From Octopus bimaculoides (Eukaryota): a DNA stretch of 64,000 nt. Both the position numbers and the translations under genes were made by a program. Below the pieces are notes generated by a model. That model saw only the letters and a list, made by a program, of their open reading frames with translations. It had not been told where the DNA came from and did no database searches. Positions 37,701-51,395 of this stretch are shown in pieces (the first letter of the stretch is position 1; the number at the start of each line of letters is the position of its first letter). The stretch is taken from contig NC_068986.1 in NCBI RefSeq assembly GCF_001194135.2, positions 68,480,343 through 68,544,342 on the forward strand, given 5' to 3'.

Positions 37701-38801
37701 TACACCAGGCACATGCATCACAACCACATGTGCACGGCATGTGACATGGCAATTTCATATCATATCAAATCACATATGATCTTGTAGGTGGGGTCCAGTT
37801 AGAATTTTCATCAAGTCAAGCAGCCCATTCCGTTCAAAAGGTCCCTGAATAAAGGTTGTTTAAGGATGATGAATGCAACACTCATGTTTCAGGAGAGAAT
37901 TTTTCAAATCTTAAAGAATCGCTCTCAAACCATGGCTGTGATGCCCCCACCACTAGTCCTGCACTGAGGGACATGTTCAACTGGTTAAGGGCAAACATAT
38001 TCTTATCCCATGTTGTAAACATTGGTCCATCGCCTATAAAGGTCCTCTTGCAGTTACAGAAAACATTGTTACACAATATTTTGTGAAAATACCCAAGTAA
38101 AATATTCTATCACATTCAAAATATTCATACTGCCTACTAGTTCAGAGGAACAGAGACCATTGTTGTTGCAGTAGAAGAAACAAGGAGTAGATTCCACACA
38201 TAGGTGGGCTGATGAATGTAATGCATTTGTCATTGTTATACTACACTCTCGGAGTGGTTGGTGTTAGGAAGGGCATCCAGCTGTAGAAACTCTGCCAGAT
38301 CAGATTGGAGCCTGGTGCAGCCTTCTGGTTTGCCAGTCCTCAGTCAAATCGTCCAACTCATGCTAGCATGGAAAGCAGACGTTAAACGATGATGATGATG
38401 ATAACGATATACCTTTTACTTGTTTCACTCATTTGACTGCTGTCATGCTGGGGCACTGCCTTGAGGGGTTTTAGTTGAACAAATTGATCCCAGGACTTTT
38501 TTGTTCTTTTAAAGCCTGGTACTTATTCCATCAGTCTCTTTTGTCAAACTGCTAAGTTATGAGGACGTAGACACACCAACACTGGTTCTTAAGCATGGGT
38601 GGGGGACAAACACATGCAAAGACATACACACATAGTTATGTACAGGTGTGGCTGTGTGGTAAGACATTTGCTTCCCAACCACATGGTTTCAGGTTCAATC
38701 TCACTGCATGGCATCTCAGGCAAATGTCTTCTACTAGCCTTGGGCTGACCAAAGCCTTGTGAGTAGATTTGGTAGATGGAAACTGAAAGAAGCCCGTCAT
38801 G

Positions 38802-38842
<41 letters not shown>

Positions 38843-38970
38843 NNNNNNNNNNNNNNNNNNNNNNNNNNNNNNNNNNNNNNNNNNNNNNNNNNNNNNNNNN
38901 NNCTAGCCTTGGGCTGACCAAAGCCTTGTGAGTAGATTTGGTAGATGGAAACTGAAAGAAGCCCGTCATG

Positions 38971-39014
<44 letters not shown>

Positions 39015-40233
39015 TATTTGTGCGTGTCTGTGTTTGTCTCCACCACCATTGCTTGAAAATTAATGTTGGTGTGTTTACATTCCCGTAACTTAGCCATTTG
39101 GCAAAAGAGACAAAGAATAAGTCCTGGGGTCAATTTCTTCAACTAAAACCCTTTAAGGCAGTGCTCCAGCATGGCTGCTGTCAAATGACTGAAACAAGTA
39201 AAAGAATATATTCCATCCATGATGTGATAAGTTTGTCTCAGCATATGAATATATTAACAGGTGTTGGTTACCCTGTCTCTTCATTTTGTATCTTCTCTAT
39301 ACAAGTGTGTTTCATGTTTATCAATGAAGGTTACAGTGATTCCATGTGATTTTCTTTGCAATTCAATTTTTGTGTGCTACATACTTTTTGGCATTGTCTT
39401 GACTTCTAGCCTTTACGTTAAAGGTTGCAGTTAAATAAGTTACGGGGTGTATGTTTTAAGATCTGATTGTACGTTCTCACATCTATGTATGCATATGTTC
39501 TCTCTCTTTCTCCTCCTCTCTTCCTTATGTTTCTGTCTTACTCCTACACTCCTGTCTTCTGTGTGTGTTTGTCAATGAATGAATTTGCTTACACAGAATG
39601 AAATAAATGAAATTTCAAGTAATATCTAGGTGGTAGTTGGCTTCTAACCTTCTAGGAAGATTACTGAAAGATAAGTTATTATAAATGTGTGTTCAGGTCT
39701 CTCTCTCTCTCTCTCCTTGTCACTTTTCATCATCATCATCAGTAGCAGCAACATTTAACATCCGTTTTCCATGCTAGCATGGGTTGGATGGCTTGACAGG
39801 AACTGGCATGGCCAGGGGTCGCACCGGGTTTGATAGTCTGTTTTAGCTTGGTTTCTATGGTTGGATGCCCTTCCTTATGCCAATCACTCCACAGAGCCTA
39901 CTGGGCATTTTTTACATGGTACCAGCACCTACACCAATGAATTTTATGTGGCAACTTGGTTTTAGGATCTCAGTTCTGTTGTGGTGGGTAGGAAGTATCT
40001 TCTACTATAGCCTTGGGCCGATCAAAGCCTTGTGAGTGGATCTGGTGAATGGAAGCTGAAAGAAACCCATTGTATATATATATATATATATATATATNNN
40101 NNNNNNNNNNNNNNNNNNNNNNNNNNNNNNNNNNNNNNNNNNNNNNNNNNNNNNNNNNNNNNNNNNNNNNNNNNNNNNNNNNNNNNNNNNNNNNNNNNNN
40201 NNNNNNNNNNNNNNNNNNNNNNNNATGTATATA

Positions 40234-40272
<39 letters not shown>

Positions 40273-43200
40273 TTGTGACCCCACCATCTCTTGGCAACTT
40301 ATGTTGGTGTGTTTATGTCCCTGTAACTTAGCGACTCGGCAAAAGAGACCAGTAGAATAAGTACTAGGCTTACAAAGAATAAGTCCTGGGGTCAATTTGT
40401 TTGACTAAAGGCGGTGCTCCAAGATGGCCACAGTTAAATGACTGAAACAAGTAAAAGAAAAAATGCAGAAAGAAATACACAGATGTTTTAAACATCTGGA
40501 CAGCTATCTCTGACTAGTATGCCAGGCAAAGTGCTTTGCTTCATGTCGTCTGTCTTTATGTTCTGAGTTCAAATTCTGTCAAGGTCAACTTTACCTTTCA
40601 TCCTCTCACAGTTGATAAAATAAGTACCAGTTAAACACTGGGGTCAATGTAATCAACTTACGCCTCCCTTAAAATTGCTGGCCTTGTGCGGAAATTTGAA
40701 ACCAATATTATAAGCAAGTACCATACTATAGGTGCAATTATGTTGGCATGGTTAGTATGTAACTTAGATTCAGTTTCCTTCCCATACATTATTAAGGCAC
40801 ATGGAAAAGGATGAACATCTCAGCTCATTTCCTCTTTATTCTTAAGACTAATAAAATTAGTAACACTTAGATGAGAAAGAACATTTTCAAGGTAGTGGGT
40901 ATTATACATGTATACAGTGAAGCTAATTGCATAAAAGAAACCTTGCTTTCTACTGCATAAAGACTCAAAATGAAAGGCAATTATCAAACAAAAGGTGATA
41001 AGGTTACATGTACTTCCTTTTGCTTGTGTGAAAGTCAATATTTCCATATAGTTCTTCAATTACAGGTTTCTCATAACTAAACACAATATTGAATTTTAGT
41101 ACATCTTTGTTTTCATTGTACTACAATTCAATATTGTGATCTTTTCACATGAATTATCTGTCTAATATATCAGTGAGAGAGAAGCATTATCAACAATGTC
41201 TTTTTTAGATATTTATTCTAGATTTGTTTTGTAGTTTTTCTTTTGCTAATTAAAGATTAAAAGAAATTACATCATGTGCTGTAGAGATGAGTTTTATCTT
41301 ATTAATCATGTCTGATAAGTATGTGTGTGTGTGTACAGTAATGGTGTGCACGATGGTGTCGCATAAAAAGTACACTCTGTAAAATGATTGGCATTGGGAA
41401 GGGCATCCAGCTATAGAAACCGAGCCAAAACAGTCTATGGAACCTTGTGTGGCCCCTGGCTTTGCCCGTTTCTGTCGGGCCATCCAACCCATGCTAGCAT
41501 GGAAAACAGACGTTAAATGTTGATGATGATGATTGATGATATACATGTTACCTTACTTGGAAACAGTAAAAAATTGGTGACTGGAAGGGCTGTAGAAAAT
41601 CTACTCACCAAATTCTCTCAGACCCTTGCGAGCAAGGAAAAGTGAATGTTAAAACAACAATGCATAAGACAAATGAAATGGTGCTAAGCATTTTGCCTGC
41701 TATGCTAACGATTCTGCCAGCTCACTACCTTATAGTAGATTGAAATATTGGTTTCAAATTTTGGCATACTGCCAGCAGTTACAGGGGAGTGAGAAAGTTG
41801 ATTACATTGACTCTAATGCTCAACTGTTACTTATTTTATTGATCCCGAAAAGATGAAAGGCAAAATCGACCTTGGTGGAATTTCAACTCAATGAAATGCT
41901 AAGCATTTTACCCAGCATGTTACCGATTCTGCCATCTTGCCACCCTAACAACCATTAATATTGTTATTGACATTGAGGAGTTGGTCTGGCAAAATTATTG
42001 ATTCTTCCATGTTCTGAAATCAAGTCCTGCTATAGTTAGCATTACTTTTCAACTCCTGTAGGCTCGATACCATATTTCCCCGGCATACAAGTCAAATTTT
42101 TCAGACCAAAATTTACAGCCCCAAAAAAGGTAGGATGCCAACTTATATGCCAGAAAATATGATGAGTCTTTTATTGGAATCATTTCAGTCAATGATACTC
42201 CACCCACAAGAAATTTGTAGCCTTGTGCCATTGTAAGAACTACTGCTACATTGTATTTTGAAATTCTTCTTCTTCAGCTGTTGCCTCTTGATGACATCGA
42301 AACTAGTAATGTGACGATGAAAGAAAAGAACGATAAGGTTTGTTACCAGAGTGTATAATATTTTTTTTTTTTTTTCTTTTCCTTGAGAAATTTTTATTGT
42401 CATATAGAAATAAATTTTAGGTCAAATCAACTGTCTGAAAGAAAATATAATTGATAACTAAAATATGTATTTGATCTAACACTTACTAATGTAATTAGAA
42501 GATTGTTAATCCTGTTACCGGAATGGCATCTTATGATATTTTTTTTGTTTTTGTTGGAGTAGCTTTTATCTTTATTATGAATTGTGGGTGGGATGGGAAC
42601 TCTGGATGGTATAAGAAACGGAGAACTGTTTTGTTTTATTTTAAATCAGAGGGTGTATATCAATACTGTCTAAAGTTTGTATTACTTCTTTTGTAACAAT
42701 AGTTTTAAGTGATTGTATATGGCCTAATACTGATAATTTAGCCTTCTTTTACCAGGAGATTGGAACTATTCCTAGACGGCCTATGTCTATGGTGCCATTA
42801 GGAGAAGAAGAAAAGGGAAATGATCCATTACTTAGGTTAGTCTTTGTTATTATTATTATTACCATTATTATTGTTAAAGCAGTGAGCTGACAGAATTGTT
42901 AACATGCTGGGTAAAATGCTTAGTGGTATATTGTCCACCTTTACATTCTGAGTTCAAATTCTGCCGAGGTTGACTTTGCCATTCATCCTTTCAGGGTCGA
43001 TGAATTAAGTACCAGTGAAATACTGGAGTCGATGTAATTGATTAGTCCCCTCCCACTAAATTTCAGCCCTTGTACCTTTAGTAGAAAGGATTATTATTAT
43101 TATTGTTAATTGGTTTAAGGCAGTGAGCTGGCAGAACCATTAGCACACCAAACAAAATGCTTGGCAACATTTCATGTCTTTACATTCTGAGTTCAAATTC

Positions 43201-46200
43201 TGCTGAGATTGACTTTACCTTTCACCCTTTTGGGCTCAAGGAACTAAGTACCAGTTGAGTACTGGGGTTGATATAATTGACTTAACCCCTCCCCTAAAGT
43301 TGCTGGCCTTGTGCCAATATTTGAAACCATTATTATCAATTGGCTTGATCTGGAAGAAAGGTTCTATGCACATGGCTTTTGCAGACATAACAAGACTTAT
43401 GAGATCAGCGTGTTGCTAATGAACAAATGCAAGTTGGTAGCTGCTAGGAAAACATGGATAGGGAAGGAATTTCAGAGAGATAATATTCTTGAGATGTAGG
43501 AATTGGTGGAAGGATTAGTCCCGGATCTAGAGATGGTATGCTACATCATCATCATAACTCCATCGCAAATAATTTCCTGTCTAACCCATACTGCCATGGA
43601 AAAACTGATGTTAAATAAAATAATGTATATGTAGAGATATATTCTATAAACTGTACCTCCATACTTAATACAAATGTTCTGGCGCCACATAAGAAGTACT
43701 CAATATACTCTGCAAAGTGGCACAGGAAGGAAGTGATTGGTAGAGACAGTAGATGGGAGAAGATGTGTGAGTATAAATAACATTGTGTAACACAATTTTT
43801 GTCCTTGGGTACAATTGTTACAGTGCCTTGCGAAAGTCTACACCCCCTTTGAAAATTTATATATTTTGTATAATTTAACAGGGAACAACACATTTTTTTC
43901 AATTCCAATGATTGTTAAATAATAAGCAGAGCCATCACACTTTCCTTTGATATAAAAATTACATTTTAAAAATTTCACACTGATTCTTAAAATCATATAA
44001 CTTAGAAAAATGTCTTTGCAAAAGTGGCTAATATTTCCTTCAAACTTTACTTTTCCTAGATGTCTTGCAAACAACTTGCACATGCAAGTGCTACCAGTTG
44101 AGAACTCTGCATACCGGAAGCCAGCAAATGTATGGGCTTTATTGAAACCCTCAAAAATCCTTCTCAACATATGGTTATGATGCTCCCCAACTACTCTTGC
44201 TCATGATCAGAGATGCACATATTGTCAGCCACTAAGGGACATGTTCAAGTGGTTAAAGTCAAACAACTGACAAGCAAATCTGTGGTATTTAAGACAAATA
44301 TTTGCTATAACGATATTTCTGCTTCAGCAGCTCAGCACTGAATCTGTTTGAAATGTAATGGAAAATAGGTCAGTTTCAAAACATTGATGTCCAGATGACA
44401 AAAGCAAAGTTTGAAGGAATAGTAGTCATTTCTTTTGGTTTCTTCTAGATAGAAGCAAATAGGAAATTATACTTACTGATCAAAGACAAAATTAAAAGTT
44501 TTGTTACACAGTGTAATTCATTGAATATGGTGCGTGTGTACACAAGTGTCTATTTTTATTTGTGCAGTCAGGTTTGCGTCTTACTGTAGTTTGTTGGTGT
44601 TGAATTTGAGACATAGAATTAGTGAGGCATGTATATAGTGTAGAATTAGAAAATACCACAATATTTGAACATGCAAATTAATGTCTTGTTATTAATTATA
44701 ACAAAATGTATTCACCTCACTCCGTAGAACTCTTTATTGATTTTGTTGTGTCTACGGAGAGTCATTATGCCAATATTATTAACACAGGCACTATTTCAGT
44801 CCCACTCTTTTATTATTAGTTTCTTATTAGTCAGTTGGTTAAATATACAACTAATTGATTGTTTGTTTAACTTGGTAAGTCATTTATTTTGTTTTGTTTA
44901 TCAAAGTTCTTTCATTGCTACTTGTAACTTTATCAGTGACTTTTGACTTAGTCCAAAGGTTGCAAGAACTTTGACAAACAAAAACAAAACAAATGACTTA
45001 CTGTTTGACCAAATTAAACAAACAATCATTTAGTTAGTTGGATATTTAACCAGTTGACTAATAATAAAGGAGTGGAATTGAACCAATGTGTGTGTTCATA
45101 ATATTGACATAATGACTCTCTGTAGACTAAACAAAATTTGTTTCAACACATGAATTCACATAAAGAATCTTGCAATGCAGATAGAAAAATGAAGTAGAAT
45201 AAGCTCTTTATTGATTGATATTCCAGTAAGACTGGTGAACTTCTTGGAAACCGTAACGACTTCCGACTGAACACAAGTCAAGTCAATTATGACAGTTGTC
45301 TTTTACTGGAGGCTTCTGCACATTTCCTTTCTGGCTTACCAAATTCTACCAACAAAGAAACTACTGGTGAGTATGACTTATATTTTGGTTACTGCTCAAT
45401 ATTAATCTGTATAAGATCATACAACATATTTGGTGCAAACAGTGACTGCAGTGTTTGTGTAATGTCAAACTTCCACTTATTTCTGTTTTTCACATGACAA
45501 GTGTGTAGTTTTCTGCCTGCTATTAAGTTAGAACTTCATTACAAACTACGTTTGTCTGCTTTAAACTCTTTCTAAATTTCACAGCCCTTGAATTGACTCT
45601 AAATTATCAGCATACATCCAGACGCTTGTTCATCTTGTGTATTATCATCATTGCTTTAACATCCACTTTATCATGGTTGCATAGGTCGGACAGATTTTAT
45701 AGATTTTCTGTGGCTGGTGGTTGTTCTTGTTGTCAAACCATACCTGTTTCCAAGCAAAGTAATATTTCCCCATAGCCAGACATGTTTTCACAGAATATTG
45801 GAAGTTTCAGGTGTGGAAGCAAGGATTAAAATTGGAGGGCCTTAGAGTCAACCTAGCTAATACCAAAGTCTTAATAAGTAGGAATGCAGACAAACCACAA
45901 ACCCCTTCAGGTAGATGGCCCTGCCCGATCTATATAAAAGGCGTAGGTAGTATTTCAAGATATTTTTATGTAATTTTGGTAAATATATTTGTTAAAATGA
46001 GATGCCAGTGTAATTTAGACAACACTTTATTCAACTAGAATAAGCTCTTTATTGATTGATATTCCAGTAAGACTGGTGTACTTCTTGGAAACCATAATGA
46101 CTTCCGACTGAACACAAGTCACGTCGATTATGATAATTGTCTTTTACTGGAGGTTTCTGCACATCTCCTTTCTGGCTTACCAAATTCTGGCTGGCTAGCT

Positions 46201-47651
46201 GTACAATATATTTATTTATTTATAAAACAATTTTCTCTCTATGTTTTTCATTAGCATCTTCCCACGTACCAACAACGGTCATTAGAGAAAATACTGAATC
46301 AGATAACATCATTGAAAATTATGATAATCCTGAAATTGATGACTCCATGGATGATATTCCTCCACCTGAAGTCTCAACAAAGGTATTGTAATGAGACTAT
46401 TTTAATTTTTACTGTAATTAACCAAGTATTGATTATTTCCAGAAAAGTGATGATGTTTTACTTAATTGTTTCTAAAATACCATTATTTTGGCATAGGCTG
46501 TTGAAGAAGAAGATACTGCAAAACGGAGCTCAGAACGGTTACAAGAAAGAGCAAACAAAATAAAAGAGAGGATGGCCAAAGATAAAGAAAAAGTATGTGT
46601 ATGTAGCATGACATGAGTTTTATATGTATTTCTATCTGTGTGTCTGTCATTATGTAATACAGGAAGAGGTTATGCTGTTTGCATTTATCAATTCTTCACT
46701 AGATAAGTTATCTTAAATAAATTTGTTCAGTCAGTTTGGTGTATGTTAACTCCCAAAGTGAAAGCTTTTTATTTATTCTCTTAGAAACTAAAATGCCATG
46801 CATACATACTTGCATATGCATGCATGTATTCACAGCTTTTATAATAAAGTATATATATATATATAAATGTGCATGTATATGTGTGTGTGTGTGTACCCTT
46901 GCCTAGACAATACATGATCATAAATGAGATTCATTATCATCATTGTCATTGTCCTTCTCCGCCAACAGGGAGAGAGTTGGAGACAAGAAGAATATCTAGC
47001 CATAGAAAATTTGCTCCAACAAATTCTCTCTGGACCTTATGATCGTAGAAAAGTGGATGCTAATTGATGATGATGATATATATATANNNNNNNNNNNNNN
47101 NNNNNNNNNNNNNNNNNNNNNNNNNNNNNNNNNNNNNNNNNNNNNNNNNNNNNNNNNNNNNNNNNNNNNNNNNNNNNNNNNNNNNNNNNNNNNNNNNNNN
47201 NNNNNNNNNNNNNNNNNNNNNNNNNNNNNNNNNNNNNNNNNNNNNNNNNNNNNNNNNNNNNNNNNNNNNNNNNNNNNNNNNNNNNNNNNNNNNNNNNNNN
47301 NNNNNNNNNNNNNNNNNNNNNNNNNNNNNNNNNNNNNNNNNNNNNNNNNNNNNNNNNNNNNNNNNNNNNNNNNNNNNNNNNNNNNNNNNNNNNNNNNNNN
47401 NNNNNNNNNNNNNNNNNNNNNNNNNNNNNNNNNNNNNNNNNNNNNNNNNNNNNNNNNNNNNNNNNNNNNNNNNNNNNNNNNNNNNNNNNNNNNNNNNNNN
47501 NNNNNNNNNNNNNNNNNNNNNNNNNNNNNNNNNNNNNNNNNNNNNNNNNNNNNNNNNNNNNNNNNNNNNNNNNNNNNNNNNNNNNNNNNNNNNNNNNNNN
47601 NNNNNNNNNNNNNNNNNNNNNNNNNNNNNNNNNNNNNNNNNNNNNNNNNNN

Positions 47652-47738
<87 letters not shown>

Positions 47739-50700
47739 CTTATATATGCATACACATAAAGGCTTTCACATAATTTTTTGTTGTACTAAGTTATTTGTCA
47801 GCTCCTCCAAATCAGAAAGCATTCAGTTTTAAAGTTAATTTACCCTTTTACTTTGTCAATTAAAAAAAGAAGTAAAAAATGGACTGGAGAGGATATGATA
47901 TCAGTCATAAATTGGTTTGTCATTATAATGTGAAACTTTACTTTGCTAGAGTGTTGATCCATGGTTATGTCAAGATCCTTATGAACAGAAAAGTAAAACC
48001 GAAAAACCTTTCAAGAAAGGTGAGTATTTTATTAATCTTCAAATATTTGACTGCTCAGATTTCTATTCTGGGATAACTATCACCACTGTTACTGTCAGTT
48101 TGGTTATTGTTGCTCATCATCACCATTGTTTCCCACCTCTTCTATCATTCCATGTTCCTTAATATGTTGTGTTCTATAAGTGTCACAAGAAGAGTAATGT
48201 TCTCTTGTTACTATAACTAAAACAATACTGGAAATTGTATTTTGTGTTTGGAACATTTTACAGGTGAGTTAATAAATAGTTAATGAAGAATAAGATATAT
48301 ATATGTGTGTGTGTGCATATATATATATATATATATANNNNNNNNNNNNNNNNNNNNNNNNNNNNNNNNNNNNNNNNNNNNNNNNNNNNNNNNNNNNNNN
48401 NNNNNNNNNNNNNNNNNNNNNNNNNNNNNNNNNNNNNNNNNNNNNNNNNNNNNNNNNNNNNNNNNNNNNNNNNNNNNNNNNNNNNNNNNNNNNNNNNNNN
48501 NNNNNNNNNNNNNNNNNNNNNNNNNNNNNTATATATATATATATATATAATTATAAATTTCCATGGCACTAAGTATGAATATCGGAAATCATCATCATCA
48601 TCATCATCATCGTTTAACGTCCGCTTTCCATGCTAGCATGGGTTGGACGATTTGACTGAGGACTGGTGAAACCGGATGGCAACACCAGGCTCCAGTCTGA
48701 TTTGGCAGAGTTTCTACAGCTGGATGCCCTTCCTAACGCCAACCACTCAGAGAGTGTAGTGGGTGCTTTTACGTGTCACCCGCACGAAAACGGCCACGCT
48801 CGAAATGGTGTCTTTTATGTGCCACCCGCACAAGCCAGTCCAGGGGCACTGGCAACGATCTCGCTCGAGGAAGTTAATTATTTGAACATATTTTTTATTG
48901 ATTTGTTTGTTAGTCAAACAACCAGCAGATTAGTCAACCATACATGTAAAATCACAGATCATTGTATGGTTGAAAGGAGTTATTAAAACTGAAAAGAAAA
49001 CAATATTTCAATGTAGTCTTAAATTATTGACCCTTTTTTTTTTTTGTTTAGTTTCATGAGGAGAAATGGTATTCATCTCGGCCTTTTTCACACTGTTATC
49101 ATCAATGTGGTTAATGTTTAGCTTGCACTTCTGTTTGTTGTTGCTTACAGAAAAAACAACCAGTAAAAATGAAGAGATGGTGATGTCAGTATTGGTTTTA
49201 GATTTTGCGAGAGCGGGTAGTACTTATTTTATCAACCCTGCTAAAAGGATGAAAAACAGAAGTCGACCTCAGCAGAATTTGAACTCAGAACATAAAGATG
49301 AACAGAATGCCACTTAGCTAACAATTCTGCCAGCTCACCACCTTGAATGGTTTTATCAATATTTTGATTCTTGATTGAACAAAAAGCTAATTGTCTAAAG
49401 GTGGGAGAATAGTTACTGTGTTGATGTACATAATAGGATTTATTTAAGTATAATCTACTTGCCTAATACTTAGACCCTTCACTCCCTATCAAGCATAGGC
49501 CATCAACTACTTTGCTCCATTGTTCTTGATTCTGGGTTGTCGTTATATACTTCCCTTCAGTTGGATCCTTGCCTCCTTGCATTTTCCATTCAGATTTTGC
49601 TGCACCATGTTGTCTGTTTCCCTGAAGAAAGGCCTTTTTCTCCCAAGTCTTGTTGAGTTTGAATTATCATTGATGCCTCTGTAACTTTGCTTCTTCCTAG
49701 GTAGGAGTGTTGGTCTATAATAGTCTGACCTCTATCCTTTGACCTGTCCAGCATGGGAGGCTCTACTAGAAGTTTGCACTCCACTGGCATAGCTCTGTGT
49801 CATTGAGGTACACATGCCACCAAACTGCAACAAGACTGGACCTTGTGGCAGTTAAGTATAATCTGCTGAGACAGGTTATATTTAATACTTTAAAGTATTT
49901 AGTCCAATGTTTTACCATTTTTTCTAACCTCACTACCCAATAAGTCATTAATGTTATAGATTTCTTATTTTAATGAGATAACTTTGTAACAAGATCAGAT
50001 ATATTTGACAAAGTTGACCCAATGTTTTACTAAGTACATGTTTTATTGATTTATTGATTCTGAATGTATGAAAGATGTGTTGAATTCAGCAGGATTTGAA
50101 CTCAGAAATGGCTCAAATGCTGTAACAATTACCACTGCTCTATCCTGTAAAGTACTAATACTGCCTGAACAGTAGACAACACATCCTTCTTTACTATTTC
50201 AGACATAACAAGTTTCAAACTGTATGAAAAAGTTACCAAACTTCCTGTTGATTTGAATGTCATCTTTGGTTGCAGGTAAAACTTTCCGAATTCCTGAAAT
50301 TGTGGATGACAAGAAACAGAAAAGTAAGAAACGGAAAAAAGAGCCAATTACAGAAGAAAAACCTGAGATTAATTTAGAACCAATTGAAGATTTTGTTGCC
50401 AACACCTGTAAGTTTTAGTTATTCTCATTACCAATATTTAATTTGTAAGAAATGTTTCTTATGTGAGAGCTTGGCTCTGTAAAACGCTGGGCTTGGTGTT
50501 AAGTTCAGTTGTTCACTATGTTCATACTCCACTACCAGTGTGTGACCAGAGAGGTAAAGCTATATTTGTTGCTCAATATAAATCATTGTATCACTGAATG
50601 GGAATGGATCATAGATTTTTCAACACTTCATCCCATAAATGATGGAAACCATTTTTTTCTCACTGAAACCGGAAGGTTGAATTTAATTTAATTGCAATCA

Positions 50701-51310
50701 CTTTAGCCTCCATAACAAAAATTTAATAAGTATTCATTAGCAGGTATCATTGTGTGGTAACAAAAGTCATTTTGCAACCATTGTAGTTTTGGATTCAGTC
50801 CTGCTGCATGTTGAGTGACTTTTACTGTAGTCTTGAGTCAACCAAATCTTTGCAAGTAAATTTGATAGAAGCTGTTCAGCAAAAGAAGCCCATAGAATAA
50901 ATATCAGACTTCAAAAAAAAAATAACCACATTGGTTGATTTGTTTGGCTAAATCCTTCAAGATGATGCCCCAGCATGGCTACAATCAAATGACTGAAACA
51001 AGTAGAAAATAAAAGAACACATCCATTAAACATAATATTTATGCCAAGTTATAGGTGAGGATTTATAATCAATAAAATTAATAATGTTGACAATGTTATT
51101 GAGTGAAAAACTATTTAATTAGTTTCGGCTGTGTGATAAGTAAGTAGCTTGCTTACCAACCACATAGTTCTGGGTTCAATCCCACTGCGTGGCACCTTGG
51201 GCAAGTGTCTTTTACTATAGCCTCGGGCCGACCAAAGCCTTGTGAGTGGATTTGGTAGACAGAAACTGAAAAAGAAGCTCATCGTATATATGTGTGTGTG
51301 TGTGTGTGTG

Positions 51311-51395
<85 letters not shown>

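Noticed and set aside
38734-39008. Identical SINE segment plus (TA)n on both sides of gap 38843-38902
   Set aside because: Typical overlapping contig ends at a microsatellite; an assembly artefact rather than a real tandem duplication
50271-50281. AG|GT at the exon 11 acceptor (and at 19432 on the minus strand) as recursive splice sites
   Set aside because: AG|GT is common at ordinary acceptors; exon 11 is needed for the frame and the following bases are weak donors
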